From Clostridia bacterium (GTDB taxonomy: Bacteria; Bacillota; Clostridia; Christensenellales; Aristaeellaceae), in contig WRFT01000001.1 of NCBI GenBank assembly GCA_009776385.1, positions 1 to 30,053 of the forward strand: DNA of 30,053 nt. Direction: 5' to 3'. Below, piece by piece: positions 16,867 to 25,153 of the stretch. The notes under the pieces are model-generated. The model did no database searches. It was not told the origin of the DNA and was given only the letters and a program-made list of their open reading frames with translations. Each line of letters starts with the position of its first letter. Position 1 is the first letter of the stretch. Position numbers and translations under genes: made by a program.

Positions 16867-17948
16867 TCTTGCCGAATGATTCTATTAGCCTGCATTTGCG
16901 CGCGGACACAAAGCTCCGCGGCTTTAAACGCGTGTTCCTGCGTCATGGCGTTTTCCGTGCGGTTTATGCAATCTAAAATCAAATCCCCGAAAAACGGATA
17001 GCCCATACTACCCGCGGCGCGGTAATGCCTTTCACCATCGCCATTCACTAAAAAGACATGATCCCCGCCGTCCTGCTGCGCGGTGATATTAATATACTTG
17101 CGCATCTCGATGTAACCTTCCGTACCCAAAATAAACGTCCGCCCGTCACCCCACACGCGAAGCCCGTCGGGAGTAAACCAATCGACACGGAAGTACCCTG
17201 AGCACCCGTTATCCGTGACCAGCACCGCGTCTCCGAAATCTTCCAATTCCGGATAGGCGGGATGATGATGGTTGGCGATTTGCGCCGCTACGACGCGGGC
17301 GTCCCGCGCGCCTGTAAAGTACAGAATTTGTTCTATTTGATGACTACCGATATCGCATAAGATTCCGCCGTATTGTTCTTTTATAAAAAACCATTCGGGC
17401 CGCGCGGGCGCGTTTAGCCGGTGAGGCCCCATGCCCATCACTTGCAGTACCCTGCCAATGGCGCCTTCGTTCACAAGCTGCCCTGCCAATACGGAACCTT
17501 CCGAATGGAGACGTTCCGAGTAATATACCATGTACTTTTTACCGGTATCGGCAACGGCGTCTTTGGCTGATTGCAATTGTTCCAGCGTTGTGAGCGGCGT
17601 TTTATCCGAAAAATAATCCTTCCCGGCACGCATCACGCGAATCCCCAGGGCGCAGCGTTCGTTTGGTACTGCCGCCGAGGCAATCAGCCGCGTTTCCGGG
17701 CAGTTTAGTACCTCCTCCTCACAGGCAGCCGGCAGTGCCGAAGGATATGCTTGTATAAAACGGCGCACCTTTTCCGGGTCTTTATCGTATACGTATTTAA
17801 TTGTTCCGCCCGCTTCCGTAAGCCCCCCGCACATACCGTAGATATGCCCATGGTCCAAGGCCACGGCGGAAAATACAAATTCACCGGGCGTTACAACCGG
17901 GCACGGCTTCCCCTTCGGTGCGAAGTTCATGCCGTCTTTTCTGTCCAT
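16863..17948 (-). CDS. Gfo/Idh/MocA-family NAD(P)-dependent oxidoreductase
   Basis: LDHGHIYGM, KDYFSDKTP, GGILCDIGSHQIEQ, EDFGDA, RVDWFTPDGL; SD GGAGGG. Confidence 0.85.
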   Translation of the reverse strand: MDRKDGMNFAPKGKPCPVVTPGEFVFSAVALDHGHIYGMCGGLTEAGGTIKYVYDKDPEKVRRFIQAYPSALPAACEEEVLNCPETRLIASAAVPNERCALGIRVMRAGKDYFSDKTPLTTLEQLQSAKDAVADTGKKYMVYYSERLHSEGSVLAGQLVNEGAIGRVLQVMGMGPHRLNAPARPEWFFIKEQYGGILCDIGSHQIEQILYFTGARDARVVAAQIANHHHPAYPELEDFGDAVLVTDNGCSGYFRVDWFTPDGLRVWGDGRTFILGTEGYIEMRKYINITAQQDGGDHVFLVNGDGERHYRAAGSMGYPFFGDLILDCINRTENAMTQEHAFKAAELCVRAQMQANRIIRQD

Positions 17949-17960
17949 GACGCGTCCCTC

Positions 17961-18539
17961 CTATATAATGACATGGTTCTGCGCGACAAACTTATCGGGA
18001 TCTGTTTCATACAGCAAAACATCCAAACAGGCATCGTACTCGGGAACGCGCACCGCAATCAGTTCGGTTCGCCCCGTCGGCACATGACGGCCGATAAAAT
18101 CCGCATGCACGGGCAGTTCCCTGTGGCCGCGGTCGATAAGCACAGCCAGCCTGATGAGCTTAGGACGCCCCAGCGCCATCAACGCGTCCATCGCCGCGCG
18201 AGCCGTTCGGCCCGTATACAATACATCATCCACTAAGATACAGCGCCATCCGGTAATATCACCAATGCCGCTATTGCCGCCGTTATCCGGTGCATGCGGA
18301 TGCTCGGACAGGTCATCTCTGTAACGCATGGTATCTATTTCTTCCACACGTACGCGTACACCCTCAATATGGTGCATATTATCCGCCATCATATGCGCAA
18401 GCGGCATGCCGCGGCGCTTAACGCCCACCAGCATTAAATTGTCCGCGCCTCTGTTCCGTTCAAGCATTTCATAAGCCATTCGCATGAGCGTCCTTTCAAC
18501 ATTCAACTCATCCATCACAACCGACTTGAGCTGTTTCAC
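17961..18539 (-). CDS. pyrR: PyrR-like pyrimidine attenuation regulator / uracil PRTase, divergent
   Basis: YRDDL, LVDDVLYTGRTARAAMDAL, GRPKLIRLAVLIDRGHRELP; start placed at GTG 18539 with SD GGGAGG. Confidence 0.85.
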   Translation of the reverse strand: MKQLKSVVMDELNVERTLMRMAYEMLERNRGADNLMLVGVKRRGMPLAHMMADNMHHIEGVRVRVEEIDTMRYRDDLSEHPHAPDNGGNSGIGDITGWRCILVDDVLYTGRTARAAMDALMALGRPKLIRLAVLIDRGHRELPVHADFIGRHVPTGRTELIAVRVPEYDACLDVLLYETDPDKFVAQNHVII

Positions 18540-18580
18540 TACGCGTCGCCTCCCGCTCGATGAACTTCTTACCAAGCGGT

Positions 18581-18610
18581 ATTTTATCATTCCAAAGCGC
18601 GGCGTGTAAA
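18581..18610 (-). promoter_or_regulatory. SigA-type promoter for pyrR and the oxidoreductase gene
   Basis: Minus strand TTTACA-N18-TAAAAT with extended TG; the -10 lies about 40 nt upstream of the GTG start. Confidence 0.6.
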
Positions 18611-18625
18611 TCCCCTTCCCTTTTA

Positions 18626-18655
18626 TTGACGTAAAGAAAGGCGCAATGCTATAAT
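18626..18655 (+). promoter_or_regulatory. SigA-type promoter for yebC
   Basis: TTGACG (18626-18631)-N18-TATAAT (18650-18655), with extended TG. Confidence 0.75.
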
Positions 18656-18697
18656 CAATCGGCAGGTAAAGGAACAGGCATAGCGGGAGGCGTATCC

Positions 18698-19444
18698 ATG
18701 TCCGGTCATTCAAAATGGGCCAATATCAAGCACAGGAAGGGTAAAGCCGACGCGGAACGCGGTAAGGTTTTTACCAAAATAGGCCGCGAAATTGCCATGG
18801 CCGTGCGTGAAGGCGGGTCAGACCCCGCCACGAACGGGAAGCTGCGTGATGTTATCGCCAAGGCGAAAGCCAGTAATATGCCCAATGATAATATTTCCCG
18901 TTCCATTAAAAAATCCGCAGGTGAACTGGGCACTGTCAACTATGAAGAAATTATCTACGAAGGCTACGCGCCGGGCGGCGTGGCGGTCATCGCGGAAATC
19001 ATTACGGACAACCGCAATCGAACCGCCTCGGAGGTACGGCACTGCTTTGCAAAAAACGGCGGAAACCTGGGCACGACCGGTTCCGTCGGTTTTATGTTCG
19101 ATACAAAAGGCGTCATCGTCATCCAACGCGATCCGAAATCCGATGAGGATACGCTCATGATGGCGGCGCTTGAAGCGGGCGCGGAGGATGTGCGGGTGCT
19201 GGATGACGCCTTCGAGATTATCACGGCGCCGGATGATTTTTCACGTATACGCGAGGAACTGGATCAATCGGGCTATGCCTTTCTTTCGGCGCAAACACAG
19301 AGAGTACCGCAAAACACGGTGGACCTGCCGAATGAAGAAACATGCCTAAAGGTGATAAAACTGCTGGATATGCTGGAAGATAACGATGATGTGCAAAATG
19401 TTTACCATAACGCCAACCTGCCGGATGATGAGGCGGACGATTAA
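18698..19444 (+). CDS. yebC: YebC/PmpR-family protein
   Basis: MSGHSKWANIKHRK, YEGYAPGGVA, TDNRNRT, LEDNDDVQNVYHN. Confidence 0.96.
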   Translation: MSGHSKWANIKHRKGKADAERGKVFTKIGREIAMAVREGGSDPATNGKLRDVIAKAKASNMPNDNISRSIKKSAGELGTVNYEEIIYEGYAPGGVAVIAEIITDNRNRTASEVRHCFAKNGGNLGTTGSVGFMFDTKGVIVIQRDPKSDEDTLMMAALEAGAEDVRVLDDAFEIITAPDDFSRIREELDQSGYAFLSAQTQRVPQNTVDLPNEETCLKVIKLLDMLEDNDDVQNVYHNANLPDDEADD

Positions 19445-19476
19445 GCTATTAAAACCACCGGAATACAGGGGTTTCA

Positions 19477-19932
19477 CTATTCCGCGGGAGACAAACTGTC
19501 GGCTATTAAGTAATAATTGGTTTTGCCGGGTTCTTCACGTTTTTCATATATGCCTATCAGTTCAATGTTCGTGTTGAGTGCCGGGTAATCATTGGGGTAT
19601 TTGTGGTCGCCCTTCCATATGAATTTCAATCCCGCTTGACAGCATAAAGCCTCGTCTCCCACAATCACATAGTGGTAATAGGAAGCGGTTTCTTCGTTGT
19701 ATGAAGCATAATACTGACCGGTTATTTTAATACATTTCCCTACATACTCGGCGGGGTTTTCACCGATATGGACAACTTGCGAATAAACCATAATACCGCT
19801 CATTTTACTGATATCCAAATCTATTATGCCCAAATCTGCAAAATCATCTGTTCCGTTGTCTTTTTGAGAACAGCCTGTTACCGCCATGCATACAACGCAG
19901 ATAAAAAACAGAACAACCACCGTCTTTTTCAT
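19477..19932 (-). CDS. Lipoprotein with Cys-Cys motif (resembles the DUF1980/TIGR03943 C-terminal-like domain); putative metal-binding accessory protein
   Basis: SD AAGGAGG before ATG 19932; lipobox AVTGC; YVGKCIKITGQY and CCQAGLKF motifs; last gene of the metal-uptake operon. Confidence 0.7.
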   Translation of the reverse strand: MKKTVVVLFFICVVCMAVTGCSQKDNGTDDFADLGIIDLDISKMSGIMVYSQVVHIGENPAEYVGKCIKITGQYYASYNEETASYYHYVIVGDEALCCQAGLKFIWKGDHKYPNDYPALNTNIELIGIYEKREEPGKTNYYLIADSLSPAE

Positions 19933-19936
19933 TGGT

Positions 19937-20785
19937 TCAAGCCCTCCTTGCAATCAATCCGGCCATGCTGAATGCTAAAAAGCCCGCGATATTCACAGCC
20001 ACAATAGTAGAACCTACGGGTGTACTTGCCAGAATAGCAATGAAGATGCCAAGAAGGGCGCAAACCACGGATACAATAACCGAGCAGATGGTTACGGCCT
20101 TAAAGTTTTTGTATATCCGCATGGATGATAAGGCGGGAAATATCACCAGCGCGGAAATTAAAAGCGCGCCGACCAGGTTCATAGCCAAAACAATGACCAC
20201 TGCGATGATAACGGCAAGGATGAGGTTGTATGTTTTTGCCTTAACTCCCGTTGCCGCCATAAAATCCTCATCAAAGGTAACCGCGAAAATCTTGTGATAA
20301 AACAAAAGGAATACGGCTATCACCAATATGGAAAGAATGCCGCAAAGCCAAACTTCCGCTTCGTTTAATGTAAGAATGGATGTGGAGCCGAACAGCGTGG
20401 TGCACACATCGCCCGATAAGTTGGACGATTTGGAAAACAAATTCATTATCAAGTAGCCTATGGCCAATGTACCCACGGAAATCATGGCGATTGCCGCGTC
20501 GCCCTTGATTTTTGTGTTCTGACCGGTTCGCAAAAGCAAAACGGCACAGATGACCGTCACCGGCAGAACTAAAAGAAAGTTGTTTGTTAGGTTTAACGCC
20601 GCGGCAATCGATATCGCGCCAAACGCGACATGCGAAAGCCCGTCACCGATAAACGAAAAGCGCTTTAACACCAATGTGACACCCAAAAGCGAGGAACAAA
20701 GCGCGATGAGGACGCCTACTATCAACGCATAACGTACAAACAGATATTGAAAATTCGCCGATAATGTGGTTATTATTTCCGTCAT
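19937..20785 (-). CDS. znuB: Metal (Zn/Mn) ABC transporter permease, ZnuB-like
   Basis: IGDGLSHVAFG, TLFGSTSIL, VTFDEDF, VGALLISALVIFPA; ATG 20785 gives an ATGA overlap with the ATPase gene stop. Confidence 0.88.
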   Translation of the reverse strand: MTEIITTLSANFQYLFVRYALIVGVLIALCSSLLGVTLVLKRFSFIGDGLSHVAFGAISIAAALNLTNNFLLVLPVTVICAVLLLRTGQNTKIKGDAAIAMISVGTLAIGYLIMNLFSKSSNLSGDVCTTLFGSTSILTLNEAEVWLCGILSILVIAVFLLFYHKIFAVTFDEDFMAATGVKAKTYNLILAVIIAVVIVLAMNLVGALLISALVIFPALSSMRIYKNFKAVTICSVIVSVVCALLGIFIAILASTPVGSTIVAVNIAGFLAFSMAGLIARRA

Positions 20786-21495
20786 GCCGGTGCACGCCCC
20801 CATCCTGAGTATATCCGCCCCGCTTCGCTTTTAAGGTATTCGGCTGTCGTACCGAAAAACAGAGACGCATGATTGCCAATGTGCATGATATGAGAAGCGA
20901 ATTTTACGGAAGCCGCAATATCATGAGAAATCATGATGATGGTAATACCATTACTATTTAAGCTTTTTATCACATCATACATTTCAACTGTCGCTTTCGG
21001 GTCAAGCCCCGCGACCGGTTCGTCTAATAACAGTATTTTTCGTGCGGCGCATAACGCCCTTGCCAAGAGTGTCCGTTGCTGCTGCCCGCCGGATAATTCC
21101 CGATAACAATGTTTTGCGATAGGAGCGATTCCGAGCAGATTCATGTTTTCCTCCGCCATCCGTTTTTCCGCCCGGTTGTAAAACGGACGCAAGCCGCAAC
21201 GGTTTAAACAACCGGAACGGACGACCTCCCGAACAGATGCCGGGAAATCCTTTTGTACCATTGTCTGCTGCGGCAGATAACCGATATCGTTATGCGCCAA
21301 CCCGTCGCCTGTCACAATCTCACCTTTTATCGGTGATTTTAACCTGAGTATGGTTTTCATCAAGGTGCTTTTACCGGAGCCGTTTTCTCCGACGATGCAC
21401 AGGTAATCTCCCGCGTTCACATGAAAGGAAAGATCGGTAATGACGGTTTTGCCCTCATAGCCAAGGGAAAGGTTTTGACAGGCTAACTGCGGCAT
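20782..21495 (-). CDS. znuC: Metal ABC transporter ATP-binding protein, ZnuC-like
   Basis: Walker A GENGSGKST, signature LSGGQQQR, Walker B LLLDEP, H-loop SHD. Confidence 0.9.
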   Translation of the reverse strand: MPQLACQNLSLGYEGKTVITDLSFHVNAGDYLCIVGENGSGKSTLMKTILRLKSPIKGEIVTGDGLAHNDIGYLPQQTMVQKDFPASVREVVRSGCLNRCGLRPFYNRAEKRMAEENMNLLGIAPIAKHCYRELSGGQQQRTLLARALCAARKILLLDEPVAGLDPKATVEMYDVIKSLNSNGITIIMISHDIAASVKFASHIMHIGNHASLFFGTTAEYLKSEAGRIYSGWGRAPA

Positions 21496-21507
21496 ACGGT
21501 TGCTCCT

Positions 21508-22506
21508 TTATTCAAGCGCTTCTTTCAAAACGCTCAGGTTGCTCTCCATGATGGAAAGGTATGTTGCACCGTTGGATATATCATTTTTATTTACCGATTG
21601 CATGGCGTCCAACACAAGAATGGGATGATTCCCTCCCTTTGATTCTCTGACAATGGTTTCAGCTATTTTTTTATCCGAACTTTCCGTTACCATCACGTTT
21701 TTTAAACCCAACTCATTCATTTTCTCCACCAGAAAAATAATGGTTTCAAAACTGGCTTCCGTTTCGGCGGAACAACCGGCAAAAGCGGCGTAATAATTTA
21801 ACCCGTAATCGTCCGTAAGATACCGAAACGGAAATCGGTCGCCGAATAACAGCGTTTTGCCGGACTCGGGGCCCGCGGACGGTGCGGTTAACGCCGCTCG
21901 ATATTTTAAGTCCAAGGCGGATAATTGGTCTATGTATACACCGGCATTGCTTTGATAAACTTCGGCATGGCCCTTATCCAACGCGGAAAGGGCATCGGCA
22001 ATAACCGCGCAAAACACCTGCGCGTTTCGCAGTGACAACCATACATGCTCGTCCAGGCCCGATTCATGCTCGTGGTCGCCGTCATGATCTTCGTCGTCTT
22101 CATCTTCCATTCCCTCTATGGTTTCTGCGGTTTTCACCGCGTCGCCCAGCGTATCTAATAATTTGATAACAACCATTTTTTTATTTTCCGCTTGCTTGAG
22201 GACATCATCAACCCACCCGTCGGATCCCCCGCCTATGTAAATAAATAGGTCACAGACGGAAATTTTTATCATATCGTCAACCGACGGCTGGTAATTATGT
22301 AAGTCGATTCTGTTATTAAGCAGCAAGGTTAAACGGATGTTGTTAACCTTGTCACCAAGGATCTGGCGTACCCAGTCGTATTGCGGAAAATTCGTACAAA
22401 CAACGCTTATTTTAAGGTCTTTCTCCTCGGTTTTTTGCGTACATCCGCACAGTACCGTTGTCAACAGCAGAACCGTAATAAAAACAATCATTCTTGTTCG
22501 GCGCAT
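21508..22506 (-). CDS. znuA: Metal ABC transporter substrate-binding lipoprotein, ZnuA/AdcA-like
   Basis: SD AAAGGAGG before ATG 22506; lipobox VLCGC; DLHNYQPS; acidic/His-rich loop EDEDDEDHDGDHEHE; DEHVWLS. Confidence 0.88.
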   Translation of the reverse strand: MRRTRMIVFITVLLLTTVLCGCTQKTEEKDLKISVVCTNFPQYDWVRQILGDKVNNIRLTLLLNNRIDLHNYQPSVDDMIKISVCDLFIYIGGGSDGWVDDVLKQAENKKMVVIKLLDTLGDAVKTAETIEGMEDEDDEDHDGDHEHESGLDEHVWLSLRNAQVFCAVIADALSALDKGHAEVYQSNAGVYIDQLSALDLKYRAALTAPSAGPESGKTLLFGDRFPFRYLTDDYGLNYYAAFAGCSAETEASFETIIFLVEKMNELGLKNVMVTESSDKKIAETIVRESKGGNHPILVLDAMQSVNKNDISNGATYLSIMESNLSVLKEALE

Positions 22507-22543
22507 TGACTCTCCTCCTTTCATAAATAATGGAGCATTGCCC

Positions 22544-22957
22544 TTAGGCTTTTTGCAAACAATCATCACATGTTCCGTATAAAACGGTTTTTGTCGCGTT
22601 GATATGAAAAGCGTGTTCATCTAAAACATGGCGTTCTAAATCACCCAATGCGTCACATTCCAGATGAACCAGTTCTCCGCAGCGGTCGCATTTCAAGTGT
22701 AGATGTGCGTCATCATCATCGCTTCCGATATATTGATAACAAGCGCCCGACAGGCCATCCGTAATGTATCGCCGTAACGCTCCGCTTTCAGTCAGCTTAT
22801 CAAGATGGCGATAAATAGTGGCTTTCCCAATAGGCAGGGCTTCCTTTTCAAAATATCGGATGATTTGCGCGGCGGTGACATGCGTGTTATCACGCGAAAT
22901 GATATAGTGCAGTATGGCTTCACGTTGTTTCGTGTTATATCCGGAAGGGCGCGTCAT
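22544..22957 (-). CDS. Fur-family metalloregulator (Zur-like from context)
   Basis: TKQREAIL, ATIYRHL, HLHLKCDRC, YGTCDDC; first gene of a ZnuABC-like operon. Confidence 0.88.
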   Translation of the reverse strand: MTRPSGYNTKQREAILHYIISRDNTHVTAAQIIRYFEKEALPIGKATIYRHLDKLTESGALRRYITDGLSGACYQYIGSDDDDAHLHLKCDRCGELVHLECDALGDLERHVLDEHAFHINATKTVLYGTCDDCLQKA

Positions 22958-22975
22958 GTTTCCGCCTCCAAACCC

Positions 22976-22998
22976 AAAATGAAACTGCCTCTCATTTT
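22976..22998. promoter_or_regulatory. Candidate Fur-family operator
   Basis: Inverted repeat AAAATGA-N9-TCATTTT overlapping the -10 and the predicted start site of the fur-znu promoter. Confidence 0.55.
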
Positions 22999-23021
22999 AA
23001 CGCAATTCAAGCAACTGTCAA
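22994..23021 (-). promoter_or_regulatory. SigA-type promoter of the fur-znu operon
   Basis: Minus strand TTGACA (23021-23016)-N16-TAAAAT (22999-22994). Confidence 0.7.
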
Positions 23022-23093
23022 TATGATATGGCAGAAATGAAGACTACATTGATTGACTTGAAAAGCGGTACGAGACGGTTAGCGATTGCTTGA

Positions 23094-25127
23094 TACACAG
23101 GAATTAGCGTCATTTTTATCGAAAACAATGGTCTAGGCCGCTTATACTATTGGAAGATAGGTGATCCGTTTGTTCAACTCAAACAAACAACGGCGCGGAA
23201 ACCCTCTAGCAACCAAAGGATGCACGCCGTCTAAATTTTTCAACAGCCGGATTGCCTTGCTGCCATTACTTTACTCGATGGAACAATAAGTAATTTTAAA
23301 GACGGAGTCTGGCAAAGTTCTGGGAAATTTGTACTGTCTGGGCCAGCTATCCGTGACTTGAACTTTAGTCTTATCATTGGGCTTGTACGCGACCGCGACT
23401 CGATTTGGCTTTTAGTAAGGTCAAGAATTGACTCTGCAAGAAACACCCTGGTACATTATTCACAATCCACAGGAATATGGACAGTAAGTACCATAGAGGG
23501 CGTGGAACAAATCGCCTATTACAAACCGGATCAAGTCCTAGTGTATGCCTCCGGCAGCATCAGCACGTATACTCTTGGATCAAATTTGTTAGGTGAATGC
23601 ATCACATTAGCGGATTCTCCCCCTTCACCGTTTGCTTATGATGAAATGAATGATCGTTTGTTTTATCTATATCAGGGTGATATTTATCAAAAACGGATCG
23701 GGCAAGAAGCGGAGCTTTTGCGTGTGATGGATACTACTTTTTTCAGGCATGATGAAGATTCGGACTTTTGGGACGATGAAAGCCCCTACTCATTTTTAGA
23801 AAATGAATACGATTCCTACCTTGTCGAAAAAACGCCTGTCAAAACACTCCTTCCATTGCCTAATGGGCAACCCCTGTATGGGCAACCCCTGTATGGGCGC
23901 TCGGAACTGTATTATGTCATCAATACCGAGCCCATTATTGGCAATATGGAAACACTGCATATTAATGGGTACGCGGACCTTCTTTCAAATAGTTTTTACA
24001 TGCTTACCCATCCAAATGTACAAATAGAACAGTGTTTTTTTAATAACAAACTCATTGAACATCCGGTCGATTTGGTTTTCTTTTATGTTTACGATTCGCT
24101 GCCCCGTGACATGGCTGAAGGGACAATACAAGCGTTACCCGAGTCCGATGTCATCAGTCAAAGGCTTACTTCTTACATACCACAAATTCAGGAGGCGATC
24201 ACGATTGATGGAAAGCCGATGGGGCTTCCGACATATCTTTGGTTTAGAATATGGCAATACGACCAAGAAAAATGGAACGAAATAGGACTGCCGGACCCGC
24301 CGCGAACCGTGGATGAACTTTTTAATCTGATAATGCTTTGGGACACACAGTATGCCGGGCAGTATCCAAATCAAGAGTTGTTGGGCAGCGGCGCGTTAAT
24401 GAACTATAAATCCGCTCTTTTAATGACAATTATTGATCTTTATACAAATGAATATGCTACGGAAAAAGAACCATTTAGTTTTGACACCCCTGAGTTTCGC
24501 AACCTTCTGGAACGCATCATAGCCGCCCCGGATCTGCCTACTGACGAATGGGGCGCATTGCTTCGCGATAGAGCAGCCTTTGATCGTATATATTATTATG
24601 TCGCGCTAGTGGATGAAAATGGGGGATTGCCGGAATTTAAAAGCATTCTTCCGCCGCAGCTTTATACGGATCGTCCCGTGAAAATTCCTGCAACCTTAAA
24701 AATGCTTTGCATTTCCGGCAGCGCGCCTTCACCTGATCTTGCGATGGAATATCTTACATTTATGGCAGAGTTTCAAACTGTTTATCAACCGGAAATCACC
24801 TTTATGATGACCGGCGGCGTTGAGCCGCAACCTGTTTTTCACACGCGGCATCCGGCTTTTCAAGTGTCGTCAGTGCTTGAATTTGGTTTGACTGATGACG
24901 GGATGTCTTTTTTCGATAAGGTTGGTTGTACTAACATGAGCATGGCCACATTGGATTTTTATAAGCAAGCTGCGCCTTATTTGACTTTTCATGATATATA
25001 TATCATTGACGACGATATAGCTTATGGCTCTTTTTTACCATGGAAGGAATCTCCTGAACAAACAGAAGAACCGATATCCGTTGATGTATTTATCCGCATG
25101 TTGGATATTGCTATAAAAATGAAGTAG
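23094..25127 (+). pseudogene. Large extracellular solute-binding-like protein with beta-rich N-terminus; 5' end apparently disrupted (open frame 23235-25127)
   Basis: SBP-like C-terminal region (WDTQYAGQY, FDTPEFRNLLE, SAPSPDLAMEYLTFM). No signal peptide or SD at TTG 23358. The same frame continues upstream with protein-like sequence through TAA 23232-23234 and back to TGA 23091-23093. Confidence 0.5.
23863..23898 (+). repeat. 15-bp in-frame tandem duplication (2.4 copies)
   Basis: ATGGGCAACCCCTGT twice plus ATGGGC, encoding GQPLY-GQPLY-G. Confidence 0.9.
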
Positions 25128-25153
25128 TGTATGCTTCCTGCCAGACGGTATGC

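Noticed and set aside
19452-19484. Possible bidirectional terminator or att site after yebC; shares the 11-mer AACCCCTGTAT with the 23863 repeat
   Set aside because: The stems are short and imperfect with no U-tract; many 11-mer matches are expected by chance in 30 kb; no integrase is nearby.
14-23234. Genome-wide stop-codon recoding as an explanation for the internal TGA/TAA codons
   Set aside because: TGA, TAA and TAG all terminate conserved genes at their expected ends here (e.g. purF TGA, purL TAA, xth TAG).
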